Assembly (NCBI GenBank): GCA_965214705.1
Contig: OZ243972.1
Location: forward strand, 2,016,001 to 2,080,000
Reading direction: 5' to 3'
Length of the DNA stretch: 64,000 nucleotides
Source: Alphaproteobacteria bacterium
GTDB lineage: Bacteria > Pseudomonadota > Alphaproteobacteria > UBA828
Position 1 is the first letter of the stretch. Every line of letters starts with the position of its first letter. A program made the translations under genes and the position numbers. Of this stretch, positions 1-10,229 are shown piece after piece. A model generated the notes under the pieces. The model was not told where the DNA came from and made no database searches. It worked only from the letters and a program-made list of their open reading frames with translations.

Positions 1-2
1 CC

Positions 3-1196
3 GAGCCCGGAACGGACATTCCGACGGCGGAGGTCAACTTCGGCATGCGCCCCTATGCCGACAACACCTTCTACGTCATCGCGATGAAGAAGGGCTGGTT
101 CGCGGACGCCGGCATCACCATCGGGCCCGAAGAGCTCGGCCTGAAGGTCACCGATACCAACGTCAACGCGCTGCTCCTCAACGGCCAGCTCGACATCTCG
201 AGCCAGTACTGCCCGTTGATGCTGCCGACCTACAAGAGCGCGAACACGCTGAAGTGCATCGCGTTCACCGACAACTTCCTCGGCACCGCGCTGCTCGCCA
301 ACCCCGAGCTCGGGCTGAAGAGCTTCAAGGAGTACATCGCCGAGGGCATGGGCTTCGAGGAGGCAATCACGGCCTCGTTGGCGCCGATGAACGGCAAGAC
401 CCTCGTGGGCTCGCCGGTGCTGAGCAAGCGGCCGTTCGAGGAGGCCGTCTCGGCGTTCTCAGGCGCGACGTGGGATCTCGACCTGATGGACGATGCCAAG
501 TCGCTCGTGCTGGCCAAGGCCGGCCGCATCGACTTCGTCAATCCCGAAGGCGCGCCGATCGTCTACACCCTGATGAAGGCGGGATGGACCAACCTCATCG
601 ATGTGGGCGATCTCTACAACTACGGGCCCGGCGGCCTGGATTCGCCGATGCAGAAGCTGGTGACCATCGTCGGCATCGCGTCGAACTCGAACTACATAAA
701 CGAGAACCAGAACACGATCCTGCGCTTCCTCTCCGTGGCGTGGCGCACGCTCGCCGCGGTCGACGAGGATCCCTCGCTCTACGAGCTCCAGGCGCCCTAT
801 CTGAACAGCGTCGCGGGAACCGACCTGGATGCCAAGGGAGTGGAAGAGACGGTCGCCATCCTGCATCCCTACTCGTCGTTCGAGTACAACGAGAAGTACT
901 ACCGCGACGAGTCGAGCCTGCTCTACTACCTGAACGCCTGGCCCGCGATCATCGCGGATTGGGCCGAGAAGGGCCTGCTGCCTGCGGATGCGGTCACGGC
1001 CGAGCAGTTCGTCTGGGGCGCGGCGATCTGGGAGCAGATGAAGGACTACCAGGCGAAGTCGGCGGCGATGATCGCCGACCTCGAAGGCCAGTCCCTCGAT
1101 GCCGACAAGCAGGTGTTGCTCGGCCGCGCGAAGCAGTACTTCGAGTGGTTCAACTACCTGGATGCCTACCGCATGGCCACTGCCGCGTCGTCGTAG
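3..1196 (+). CDS. ABC transporter substrate-binding protein, NitT/TauT/SsuA-like (5' end lies outside the window)
   Basis: Frame is open to the window edge (..EVNFGMRPYADN..AMKKGWFADAGI); directly upstream of TauC-like permeases and a TauB-like ATPase. Confidence 0.75.
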   Translation, partial: EPGTDIPTAEVNFGMRPYADNTFYVIAMKKGWFADAGITIGPEELGLKVTDTNVNALLLNGQLDISSQYCPLMLPTYKSANTLKCIAFTDNFLGTALLANPELGLKSFKEYIAEGMGFEEAITASLAPMNGKTLVGSPVLSKRPFEEAVSAFSGATWDLDLMDDAKSLVLAKAGRIDFVNPEGAPIVYTLMKAGWTNLIDVGDLYNYGPGGLDSPMQKLVTIVGIASNSNYINENQNTILRFLSVAWRTLAAVDEDPSLYELQAPYLNSVAGTDLDAKGVEETVAILHPYSSFEYNEKYYRDESSLLYYLNAWPAIIADWAEKGLLPADAVTAEQFVWGAAIWEQMKDYQAKSAAMIADLEGQSLDADKQVLLGRAKQYFEWFNYLDAYRMATAASS

Positions 1197-1356
1197 GCAC
1201 GGGCGTTTGACCCTCGCCTGACGAGAGGCGCAGGGAATCAATTCAAGGCCGGCCGGCGCGCAACGTCAGCCACGACTCGCGCGCCGGCCGTGCCGTCCCC
1301 GCCGGGGGCGGTGCAACGGTCTGGAAGGCCCATAATGAAGCCGGCATAGTTCGGTG

Positions 1357-2154
1357 ATGGCGCAGCGGTTCGACGTTCTCGGCCTGATCGGCCTCGTGCT
1401 CCTGGTGGCCGTCTGGCAGTTGCTGACGTTCGCCATCCCGCTCATAGCGCTGCCGCATCCGGCCAACGTGGCCGAGCGCATCGGCGAGGACTTTATCGTC
1501 GCAGACTATCTGCTGTTCTACGGGCTGCCCGAGACGGGCCTCCTCGACAGCATGATCTACACGACCCAGAACGTCCTGATCGCGGTCGCCCTCGGGGCCA
1601 CCGTCGGCACCGTGTGCGGCCTGGTGACGGCGCGCTTCGATCTGATCCGAGCGGTCATCGATCCGGTGCTCTTGGTGCTGGGGACAATCCCCATCCTCGT
1701 GCTGGCGCCGTTCTTCCTGATCTGGTTCGGCACTGGCAGGACCAGCGCGGTGCTGCTGGTGGCCATCTACGTGGCCGTGATCCTCTATATCTATGCCCAG
1801 CGCGCCGCGAGCACGCTGAATCCGGTCTACGAAGACGCCGCCTACACGTTGGGCGCAAGCCGCCGGCGTGTCGTCTGGGACGTGCTCATCAAGGGCACGG
1901 TGCCGCAGATTCTCGGCGGCATCCGGATCGCGCTTGCCGGCGCCTGGGGCCTGGAGGCCATCGCCGAGCTGCTCGGCGCACAGCAGGGCATCGGCAAGAT
2001 CGTCCAGGTCCTCGCCGGCTCGACTGACATGGAGGGCATCTTCGCCGCTCTCCTGGTGCTCGGTATCCTGGCGGTTGTGTTCGATGCCTTCACCGCCCGA
2101 TTCTTCTCCTACGTCTCGGCGTGGAGCGTCGAGGCCCGCACCGGCGGAGGGTGA
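1357..2154 (+). CDS. ABC transporter permease (TauC/SsuC-like)
   Basis: Hydrophobic helices; EAA-type loop YEDAAYTLGASRRRV; AELLGAQQGIG. Confidence 0.88.
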   Translation: MAQRFDVLGLIGLVLLVAVWQLLTFAIPLIALPHPANVAERIGEDFIVADYLLFYGLPETGLLDSMIYTTQNVLIAVALGATVGTVCGLVTARFDLIRAVIDPVLLVLGTIPILVLAPFFLIWFGTGRTSAVLLVAIYVAVILYIYAQRAASTLNPVYEDAAYTLGASRRRVVWDVLIKGTVPQILGGIRIALAGAWGLEAIAELLGAQQGIGKIVQVLAGSTDMEGIFAALLVLGILAVVFDAFTARFFSYVSAWSVEARTGGG

Positions 2155-2158
2155 ACCA

Positions 2159-2995
2159 GTGGCAAGGGCGGCAGACGGCAGAGACGTCATCGTGGCCAGC
2201 AATCTGTCGCGAACCTTCCGGCGCGCGGACCGGCAGATGGTGACGGCGCTCGACGACGTGACCTTCGGGATCGACCGGGGCCAGTTCGTCTGCCTGGTCG
2301 GGCCGTCCGGCTGCGGCAAGTCGACGCTGCTCAAGCTTATCGCCGGGCTCATGCTGCCGTCGTCCGGCGCGCTCGAAGTGGAAGGGGAGAGCGTCACCCA
2401 GCCGGGCCCCGAGCGCGGCATGGTATTCCAGCAGGACAGCGTCTTCCCCTGGCTGCGCGTGATCGACAACGTCGAGTACGGGCTGAGGTGCCGGGGCGTC
2501 GGCAGGGCCGAGCGGCGCAAGAGCGCCGAGTTCTACCTGGAGCGTGTGGGTCTCTCGCACGTGGCGCGGGCGTGGCCGCGCGAGCTCTCCGGCGGCATGC
2601 TGAAGCGGGTCGCCGTGGCGACGGTCTTCGCCAACGGCGCGAACGTGCTGCTGCTCGACGAGCCCTTCGGCGCGGTCGACTACGTCACCAAGCGCAATCT
2701 CCACGACGTGCTGCTCGCGCTGTGGACCGAGGCGGGCTCGACCGAGCGGCGCACCGTGGTTTTCGTGACCCACGACGTGGACGAGGCGCTGATCCTGGCG
2801 GACCGCATTCTGGTCATGCACAGCGGCCGCATCGTCGACGATCTCGCGGTCACGGCACCCAGACCGCGCACGACCGACGGGCTCATGGAGCCCACCATGG
2901 TGCGGCACAAGCACGTCCTGCTCGCGCACCTCGGCCTCGAGAACCGGCAGGGCGCCGCAGAGACGCCGGCGGGCGGGGAGGGGACTGAGCCATGA
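2159..2995 (+). CDS. ABC transporter ATP-binding protein (TauB/SsuB-like)
   Basis: Walker A GPSGCGKS, signature LSGGM, Walker B LLLDEPF, VTHD; GTG start after ggagg. Confidence 0.92.
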   Translation: MARAADGRDVIVASNLSRTFRRADRQMVTALDDVTFGIDRGQFVCLVGPSGCGKSTLLKLIAGLMLPSSGALEVEGESVTQPGPERGMVFQQDSVFPWLRVIDNVEYGLRCRGVGRAERRKSAEFYLERVGLSHVARAWPRELSGGMLKRVAVATVFANGANVLLLDEPFGAVDYVTKRNLHDVLLALWTEAGSTERRTVVFVTHDVDEALILADRILVMHSGRIVDDLAVTAPRPRTTDGLMEPTMVRHKHVLLAHLGLENRQGAAETPAGGEGTEP

Positions 2996-3864
2996 CGTGG
3001 CTGATCGCACAGCTCCGCCGCCGCCTCGTCTCGATCCTGGTGCTGCTCGCGATGGCCGGAATCTGGCAAATTCTGTCGACGATCTACACTGTGGAGGCGG
3101 TTCCGGGCGAGCCCATGGTGCCGGGCTGGCAGATCGTGTTCAGCCGCACGCTGCTCTCGCTCTCGGACTACTGGCAGGGCGGCCTTGGCGTCCCGTCGGT
3201 CGCCGAGGGCGCACCGCAGAGCTACCTCGCCGCACTCCTCTCCATCCTGGACCACTCGGTCGACACCATCGTCCGGCTCTACGTCGGCCTTCTGATCGGC
3301 GGCCTCGTCGGCTCGCTGCTCGGCATGGCGGTGTCGTGGTCGCCGTGGACCCGCCGGATCGTCGACCTGCCGGTCCAGCTCCTGCGCACCCTGCCGCTGC
3401 TCGCCATGGTGCCGATGTTCCAGCTCTGGTTCGGCATCGACTTCGTCGGCAAGATCGCCTTCGTCGGCTACGGGGTCGGCGTCATCTTCTTCGCGGGCGT
3501 GGTGAACGCGGTGAAGAACGTGCCGCAGATCTACATCGACAATGCGCGGACGCTCGGCGCCTCGCGCCTGCAGATCTATCGCACCGTGGTTCTGCCGGCG
3601 ATCTTTCCCGAGATGCGGGGGACCATCCTGCTCAGCCTCGGCATCGGCTGGGCGGCGGTGCTCGGCGCGGAATACCTGGGCGCCCAGTCCGGGCTCGGCT
3701 ACGTGATCATCTACTCCGAGCAGTTCGCCTATCTGGACAGGATGTTCGTGGTGGCGCTGATCTTCGTGTTCTACGCCTCGATCAGCTACGCCATCTTCGA
3801 CCGGCTATCGAGACGGCTGCTGCAGTGGACGCCGCAGGCGGGGCGCGTGGTCGCCCACGGCTGA
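2992..3864 (+). CDS. ABC transporter permease (TauC/SsuC-like)
   Basis: DNARTLGAS loop; AEYLGAQSGLG; ATGA overlap with the ATPase gene. Confidence 0.88.
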   Translation: MTWLIAQLRRRLVSILVLLAMAGIWQILSTIYTVEAVPGEPMVPGWQIVFSRTLLSLSDYWQGGLGVPSVAEGAPQSYLAALLSILDHSVDTIVRLYVGLLIGGLVGSLLGMAVSWSPWTRRIVDLPVQLLRTLPLLAMVPMFQLWFGIDFVGKIAFVGYGVGVIFFAGVVNAVKNVPQIYIDNARTLGASRLQIYRTVVLPAIFPEMRGTILLSLGIGWAAVLGAEYLGAQSGLGYVIIYSEQFAYLDRMFVVALIFVFYASISYAIFDRLSRRLLQWTPQAGRVVAHG

Positions 3865-3921
3865 CGCCGTCGCGGAACTTGCGAAACAGCCAGCGGCGAC
3901 ATCGAAGGGAGTGAAGGCATC

Positions 3922-5364
3922 GTGAGCGAATTCGATCTGGTGATCCGCAACGGCAGGATCGCGACGGCAGCGGACGTCTTCACTGGCGACATCGGCATCG
4001 TGGACGGCAGGATCGAGGCCATGGCGTCCACCCTCAGCCGGGGGCACAAGGAGATCGACGCCGCGGGCCGGACCATCACCCCCGGCGGCATCGACGGGCA
4101 CATCCACCTGGAGCAACGCCTGCCCGACGGCGCTGAGATCGCCGACAACTTCTATACCGGCTCGCGCTCGGCCGCATGCGGGGGCACGACGACCATCATC
4201 CCCTTCGCCTTCCAGGACCACGGCGCATCGTTGAGCCAAGTGCTCGCCGATTACCGCGAGAGCGCCGAGGGGCGCTGCTTCATCGACTACGCCTTCCACG
4301 CCATCATCACCGACCCCACCGCGCAGGTGCTGAACCAGGAGCTGCCCTCGCTCGTGCGCGAGGGCTACACCTCCTACAAGCTCTACATGACCTACGAGGG
4401 CCTGCAGCTCACCGACCGACAGGTGCTCGATGTGCTGACCGCGATGCGCCGGGAGCAGGCGATCAGTATGGTGCACGCCGAGAACACCGAGTTCATCGAG
4501 TGGCTGACCGAGCGGCTGGTGGAGAAGGGCCTGACCGCGCCCAAGTACCACACCAGGGCGCACCCCGTGATCGGCGAGCGCGAGGCCACGCACCGCGCGA
4601 TGTCCATGTCCGAGCTTGTGGGCGTGCCCATCGTGCTCGTGCACGTGTCCGCGCGCGAGGTGGTGGAGCAGATCGACTGGGCCCGTGCCAGGGGCCTCGC
4701 GATCCATGCCGAGACCTGCCCCCAATATCTGCTGCTGACCGAGGATGCCTATGACGTGGAGGGCTTCGAGGGGGCGAAGTTCATCTGCACGCCGCCGCCC
4801 CGCACCGCCGACGATCAGGAGGCGATCTGGGCCGCGCTCGCCCGCGATGTCTTCGATATCGTCTCCTCGGACCACTCACCGTTCCGCTACGCCGACCCCA
4901 AGGGCAAGCAGATCGCCGGAACCAACGCGGGCTTTCACAAGGTGCCGAACGGCGTCCCCGGCGTGGAGACGCGGATGCCGCTGCTCTACTCAGAAGGCGT
5001 GCTCAAGGGCAGGATCGACGTCAACCAGTTCGTCAGGATGACGTCCACCAACGTCGCCAAGCTCTACGGGCTCTACCCGCGCAAGGGGGCGATTGCCCTC
5101 GGCGCCGACGCCGACTTGGTGATCTGGGATGAGGACACGCCGGTCACCGTCACCAACGACCGGCTGCACCATGACTGCGACTACACGCCCTACGAGGGAA
5201 TGACGCTCCGAGCATGGCCTGCCATCACGTTGTCACGGGGCCAGCCGGTATGGCGCGACGGCGCGCTCTGCGTGGACGCCGGGCACGGAGAGTTTCAGGC
5301 CTGCGAGCGCCCCGCCGTCGCGCGCGCGCCGCGCCCGACCCGGATCCCTGAACTCATTCAGTAG
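3922..5364 (+). CDS. hydA: dihydropyrimidinase / D-hydantoinase (cyclic amidohydrolase)
   Basis: PGGIDGHIH, GGTTT, SYKLYM (carbamylated Lys), HAEN, HVS, SSDHSP, PNGVPGVETR motifs. Confidence 0.88.
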   Translation: MSEFDLVIRNGRIATAADVFTGDIGIVDGRIEAMASTLSRGHKEIDAAGRTITPGGIDGHIHLEQRLPDGAEIADNFYTGSRSAACGGTTTIIPFAFQDHGASLSQVLADYRESAEGRCFIDYAFHAIITDPTAQVLNQELPSLVREGYTSYKLYMTYEGLQLTDRQVLDVLTAMRREQAISMVHAENTEFIEWLTERLVEKGLTAPKYHTRAHPVIGEREATHRAMSMSELVGVPIVLVHVSAREVVEQIDWARARGLAIHAETCPQYLLLTEDAYDVEGFEGAKFICTPPPRTADDQEAIWAALARDVFDIVSSDHSPFRYADPKGKQIAGTNAGFHKVPNGVPGVETRMPLLYSEGVLKGRIDVNQFVRMTSTNVAKLYGLYPRKGAIALGADADLVIWDEDTPVTVTNDRLHHDCDYTPYEGMTLRAWPAITLSRGQPVWRDGALCVDAGHGEFQACERPAVARAPRPTRIPELIQ

Positions 5365-5445
5365 GCAGCCTTCAGCAGGGCCAGGCGACTCTGCGAGCAT
5401 CACTCGCCCGCCCAGAATCGTCCGATCGGAATTCGCGTATCTCAA

Positions 5446-7605
5446 CCCAAGTTGGCACTTTTTCCGGTTGCTCAATGCCGGTCTGCCCATATTTTGCGGA
5501 CCGAAGTACCACATATTGGGGTAGCTCCGAGATGATGCCACTATATGTGTAATTGAGGCGCTGGAAGCGCGTTGTAGTGCCAGGAGTTGTTAGGTATTGA
5601 CGATTTTCCCTTGACCCCAGACCCCAAGCCGACAAATCTTGGCCCCTCGCAACAATCTCGCGACGGGCGACATGTTCATCAGGGCAACCAAGACCCACAC
5701 CACCGACGGCAAGCCCGTCCGAAGCCATCGCCTCGTGCTTTCCCAGCGCATCGGCGACAAGGTCAGGCAGCGCACGCTCCTCAACCTCGGCACCGACTAT
5801 CCGGTGCCGAAGGAGAAATGGCGCGAAGTGGCCGAACTCGCCGAGGCGCTGCTGCACGGCCGCCCGCCGCTGCTCCAAGCCGTCCCGGACGTGCAGGCCG
5901 CAGCCGAGGACATCGTCGCCAAGCTCAGGGCCAGGGGGTTCCGCGTCGAGGCGATGCAGGAAGAGGCGCGCAAGCCCGAGATCGCCACCGTCGACCTCGA
6001 TACCCTGGAGCACGAGAACCCGCGCACCGTCGGCTGCGAGCGCCTGTGCCTCAAGGCCCTCGACGACCTTGGCTTCGCCGACATCCTCCACGGCCTTGGC
6101 ATCAAAGGCCGAGACGGGCGCATCGCGAGCGCGCTGATCGTCGCCAGGATGGTCCATCCCGCCAGCGAGCGTGATACCAGCCGCTGGCTCCGCCACGACA
6201 GCGCGGCCGCCGAGCTCCTGGGCCTGGAGGGCGACCGCAAGGCGCTGCGGCGCAAGACGCTCTACCGCATCGGCGACCTGCTCTGGCGCCACCGGGCCGC
6301 CATCCAGAGGGAACTGTTCAACCGTGAGCGCGCGCTGCTCGACCTGCCCGAGACGATCGCCTTCTACGATCTCACCAACGTCCACTACCACGGCCACACG
6401 GGCGGCGAGCTTCCCAGGTTCGGGCGCTCCAAGCAGAAGCGCGACGACTGTCCCCTCATCACGCTGGCGCTGGCGCTCGACGGCGCGGGCTTCCCGCGCA
6501 GTTGCGAGATCCTGCCGGGCAACGTGAGCGAGCCGGGCACGCTGCACGAGGCGCTGGCGCGGCTCGAGGCGGTGTGCGGCGGCACGGCGCCGAAGCCCAC
6601 GGTGGTCATGGACGCGGGCATCGCCACCGAGAAAAACATCGCGTGGCTGGGCGAGCAGGGCTACGACTGGATCGCGGTCAGCCGCGGTGCCAGGCCTGCG
6701 CCGCCCGAGGGCGGACCCGAGGCCCTGCTGATCACCAGCGCGCGCCACGAGGTGCGGGCCTGGCGGCTTGCCAGCGAGGACGGCGAGGCGCGGCTCTACG
6801 TCGTCAGCGAGGGCAAGAAGAAGGCCGAGAACGCGATCATCGGCCTGAGGCGGAACCGCTTCGAGGCGGCGCTGGAAAGGCTCCACAGCGGCCTCCCGGT
6901 CAAGCGCCGCCTCAAGCGCTACGACAAGGTGCTGGAGAGCATAGGCCGCCTCAAGCAGCGCTTCTCCGCCGTCGCCAGGCACTACGAGATCACGGTCGAG
7001 AAGGCGAAAACCGGCCCCAATGCCACCGCCGTGCGCTTCAAGCGCAGGCCGCGATACGACGAGGCCGATGAGGGCGCCGGCGCCTATGTGCTGCGCACCA
7101 GCCACGTCGACTGGGATATCGAGACGGTCCTGCGGACGTACTGGCGGATCACGGATATCGAGGCGACATTCAAGAGCCTAAAATCCGAGCTCGGCCTTCG
7201 CCCGATCTGGCACCAGCTCGACCGGCGCATCGCGGCCCACCTGCTGATCGCCGTGCTGGCCTACCACGCCGTGCATCTGATCCGTACCCGGCTGGCCGCG
7301 CGCGGCATCCACAAGTGCTGGGCATCGATCCGCGAGAGCATGCGGACCTGGGTGCGGATCACCACGCGCCTGCGCCAGACCGACGGCACGTTGATCGTCA
7401 ATCGACAGGACACGCGCCCGGCCGCTGAGGTAGCCGCAATCTCCTCGGCGGCGGGCGTGGAACCCGCCATCCACCGCACGAGGACCCGCCTGCCGAACTG
7501 ACAGAATCCAACAAAATGTAGTGCCATGTTGGAATCGGCCGAGAGAAATATCGCGTTACATCAACATGATAAAGGACATGGGTAGGACAAAAGTGCCAAC
7601 CTGGG
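5446..7605 (+). mobile_element. IS1634-family insertion sequence (copy A1)
   Basis: 17-bp TIRs cccaagttggcactttt / aaaagtgccaacctggg (1 mismatch), flanked by a 4-bp direct repeat TCAA (5442-5445, 7606-7609). Confidence 0.9.
5672..7501 (+). CDS. IS1634-family DDE transposase
   Basis: MFIR start, TLLNLG, FYDLTN, FGRSKQKRDD, VMDAG, IEATFKSLKSELGLRPIWH motifs. Confidence 0.9.
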   Translation: MFIRATKTHTTDGKPVRSHRLVLSQRIGDKVRQRTLLNLGTDYPVPKEKWREVAELAEALLHGRPPLLQAVPDVQAAAEDIVAKLRARGFRVEAMQEEARKPEIATVDLDTLEHENPRTVGCERLCLKALDDLGFADILHGLGIKGRDGRIASALIVARMVHPASERDTSRWLRHDSAAAELLGLEGDRKALRRKTLYRIGDLLWRHRAAIQRELFNRERALLDLPETIAFYDLTNVHYHGHTGGELPRFGRSKQKRDDCPLITLALALDGAGFPRSCEILPGNVSEPGTLHEALARLEAVCGGTAPKPTVVMDAGIATEKNIAWLGEQGYDWIAVSRGARPAPPEGGPEALLITSARHEVRAWRLASEDGEARLYVVSEGKKKAENAIIGLRRNRFEAALERLHSGLPVKRRLKRYDKVLESIGRLKQRFSAVARHYEITVEKAKTGPNATAVRFKRRPRYDEADEGAGAYVLRTSHVDWDIETVLRTYWRITDIEATFKSLKSELGLRPIWHQLDRRIAAHLLIAVLAYHAVHLIRTRLAARGIHKCWASIRESMRTWVRITTRLRQTDGTLIVNRQDTRPAAEVAAISSAAGVEPAIHRTRTRLPN

Positions 7606-7670
7606 TCAAGGCAGTTCGCATCAGCCGCCCGGTGCTAAGGGAAAGGGCAGGAATGAACGCGTACGGGTGA

Positions 7671-7907
7671 GCCAGGCAACACGGCTGCTCTGCGGACGCG
7701 TTCGCCGCCGGTGCACGCCGGCATCTCGCTCGCAACGGCCGCTACTCCCACGACTACAAATTCACCGAGGCTGCCCTGGAGAACTGCAGGGAAATGGCGC
7801 CCACCGCATGGCGGGACCGGAATTTCGCCGCTTCGGTGGCATACTTCACAGGGTCCGCAACGGCGCCGAGCCCCGTTGCTCAAGAGGCGCTGCAGTTGCT
7901 GGGGTAA
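7671..7907 (+). pseudogene. start-less 3' remnant of a hypothetical protein gene
   Basis: Protein-like frame ..NGRYSHDYKFTEAALENCREMAPTAWRDRNFAASVAYFTGS..LLG* bounded upstream by a stop with no start codon nearby. Confidence 0.35.
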
Positions 7908-8056
7908 GGAGAACCGACACTGAAGGGCGGCTGCGCCTGCGAAGCCTGAGGCGAAGACCTGCGGCGCCGGCCACTAGACGAGCAAGGTCCAGAGGCGGCG
8001 CCGCAGCCAACCCGTGCGATAGTGTCGCGAGCTCACCCGCCGGAGGACCGCCGCCA

Positions 8057-8611
8057 ATGTCCCGATTGCCGCTCGCCGATCCGCAAGACCTGCCGCCCTT
8101 CCTCAAGGCCATGCACGACGGTGCTGGTGCGGAGGACTGGTCGACGCGCCATTGCGCGCGCGCCTTCGCAGCGCACCCGGACATCCTGGAGCGTTATCTC
8201 GCCTTCTACTATCCCTTCCACGCGAGCGAGCCGGGAAGCCTTCTCGATGGGCGCATCAAGGAGCTGGTGCGGCTGCGTATCGCAACTCTCAACGGCTGCA
8301 AGACCTGCAAGGCCGCTCGGCTCGCGCCGAGCGACGTGAGCGAGCGGGAAGCGGCAATCGGGGTCGACGACCCGGCCGAAGCAGAGTTCTCCCCGAGGGA
8401 GCGCGCCGCGCTCACCCTCGCTGAGCAGATGGCGCTCGATCACCACGGCTTCGACGACGGGGCGATGCGCGCGTTACGTCAGCACTTCTCGCAGGCCGAG
8501 ACGCTGGAGCTCATGATGATGATCGGCCAGTACATCGGCTTCGGTCGGATGCTGGCGATGCTCCAGCTTGAGGAGACCCAGTGCCCCATCGGCCCGGAGG
8601 GCAATGCTTAG
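8057..8611 (+). CDS. carboxymuconolactone decarboxylase / AhpD-like protein
   Basis: LDGRIKELVRLRIATLNGCKTC (CxxC), FSPRERAAL, LRQHFS; ggagg RBS. Confidence 0.8.
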   Translation: MSRLPLADPQDLPPFLKAMHDGAGAEDWSTRHCARAFAAHPDILERYLAFYYPFHASEPGSLLDGRIKELVRLRIATLNGCKTCKAARLAPSDVSEREAAIGVDDPAEAEFSPRERAALTLAEQMALDHHGFDDGAMRALRQHFSQAETLELMMMIGQYIGFGRMLAMLQLEETQCPIGPEGNA

Positions 8612-9396
8612 CCCCAGACCGCGGGGTCCTTGAGGTAGTCATGCACTACGCGGCCGAAGTTCAGGTCGAAGTCGACCACGGCGAAGAAGCCGCCGAGGAT
8701 GCGCACGGGCGCCAGTTGATGCCATGAATCGGCGGCGGTGCTCGAGAGCGTGAGCGCGGCGCGTCCGGCATAGAGCTCGGGGCTGCCATCCCCGCTCTTG
8801 CGCAACGCGCCCGTCACATCGAGGCGCACCAGCTCCGAGACGCTGGGCCGCTCGGCCGTCTCCGCACTCGGGATGTGGCGGTAGGAAAGCACGGGCGATT
8901 CGGCAAGCTCCTCGGGCGATGCCTTGCGGTCGCACACCATCGAGGCCGTCATCAGCCGCTGCCCGCGCGGCCGCTCCACCGTAAGCAACAGTTGCTCCAT
9001 ATAGGGCATCACGTCGCCGCCCCAGTTGTGCTCGATCACGGCGATCTTCTTGGCGTAGCCCCAAATCTCGCGGCCGGCGCCGAGGGGGATGTCGTTATCG
9101 ACCAGGATCGACGGCTGATACATGTAGCGCGTGCCGTGCAGCATCACGTCGACCATGACGAAGGCCTCGTGATAGGGCCCGAACGCCGAGAACGGGACCC
9201 AGCGCGCCCACGAGGTGCAGATTACCGGATCGTCTGCCGGCTCCACGTGGGGCGGCAGCAGCTCCATCACTGCGGCGCTGTCAGCCTCGTAGCGGATCAT
9301 TAGGTCCTGTACGCCGCGGAAGGGGTATGGCGGGGCCTCATACATCGGGCCACCGAGCGGCATGCTGAAGTGGCGCTTGAATGTGGCGATGTCCAT
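8608..9396 (-). CDS. acetoacetate decarboxylase-like superfamily protein
   Basis: FSMP..PPY, FGPYHEA, GREIWGYAKK (Schiff-base Lys), VHDYL C-terminus. Confidence 0.85.
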   Translation of the reverse strand: MDIATFKRHFSMPLGGPMYEAPPYPFRGVQDLMIRYEADSAAVMELLPPHVEPADDPVICTSWARWVPFSAFGPYHEAFVMVDVMLHGTRYMYQPSILVDNDIPLGAGREIWGYAKKIAVIEHNWGGDVMPYMEQLLLTVERPRGQRLMTASMVCDRKASPEELAESPVLSYRHIPSAETAERPSVSELVRLDVTGALRKSGDGSPELYAGRAALTLSSTAADSWHQLAPVRILGGFFAVVDFDLNFGRVVHDYLKDPAVWG

Positions 9397-9420
9397 GGTG
9401 GATCTCCCTAGCGCGCGAGC

Positions 9421-10194
9421 CTAGCCGCTCTCCGTATCGAGCGCGGACCAATCGTCGAGGCGGCCGTAGAGGTAGGGCACGAATTCATCGGCCGGCAGGC
9501 GGGCCAACGGGCGGCAGGTGGAGAGCAGATCGCCCTCGATGTAGGAGGCGCCGCGCACCTCGCAGACCTCGATGTCGGCCAGCGGATCGTGCGCTGTCGA
9601 GCGCAGCGCGAGCGTGCCGGTCCCCTCGCGTCGCACCGTCAGATGATTGTCGAACTCGGCGAGCGTCAGCACGGGATCGTCCTCAAGGCCTGTACCGGTG
9701 CAGGACGGCAACGCCTTGATGTTGAAGTTGGCGCCCGTCTCGCGGCCAGCCTCACGCTCATGCGGCAGCGTCGCCTCGATCTCGATCACGCGTGTACCGA
9801 GCCGCTCGATATAGCCGTGCATGGCATTGCCGCGGCGCTGCAGGCGCGTCGTGGCTTGCTTCTTCGGCTCGCCGAAGAGGTCGCGCCCGAAGATGATCGC
9901 GTGGTCCTGATCCATAAACATCGAGAGCACGTAGGGCGCCTCGATCTCCCCGTGCCGGGCCATGACGTAGATCGCGCCACCAGTGAAGTCAGCAACACAG
10001 TTGGAGCGCCAGCGGCCCACCATCGCGATCACCAGCGGCTCCGCCACGGGCTCCAGCCCCGGCGGCAGGACCTCGGCCACGATCTCAGTCCGCGTGAGGA
10101 AATCGATCATCAGCATCTCGGCACCGACGAAGCGCGGCCGCTTCATCACTGCCTCGATGCGCTTTACCTCCTCGGGCGTTTTCACGAAGCCCAT
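9421..10194 (-). CDS. acetoacetate decarboxylase-like superfamily protein
   Basis: VLPPGLEP, GRDLFGEPKK motif, HDPLADIEV. Confidence 0.8.
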   Translation of the reverse strand: MGFVKTPEEVKRIEAVMKRPRFVGAEMLMIDFLTRTEIVAEVLPPGLEPVAEPLVIAMVGRWRSNCVADFTGGAIYVMARHGEIEAPYVLSMFMDQDHAIIFGRDLFGEPKKQATTRLQRRGNAMHGYIERLGTRVIEIEATLPHEREAGRETGANFNIKALPSCTGTGLEDDPVLTLAEFDNHLTVRREGTGTLALRSTAHDPLADIEVCEVRGASYIEGDLLSTCRPLARLPADEFVPYLYGRLDDWSALDTESG

Positions 10195-10229
10195 GGCGCG
10201 ATCCTCCTGTTTCGGCCGGCGAGCGTCCC

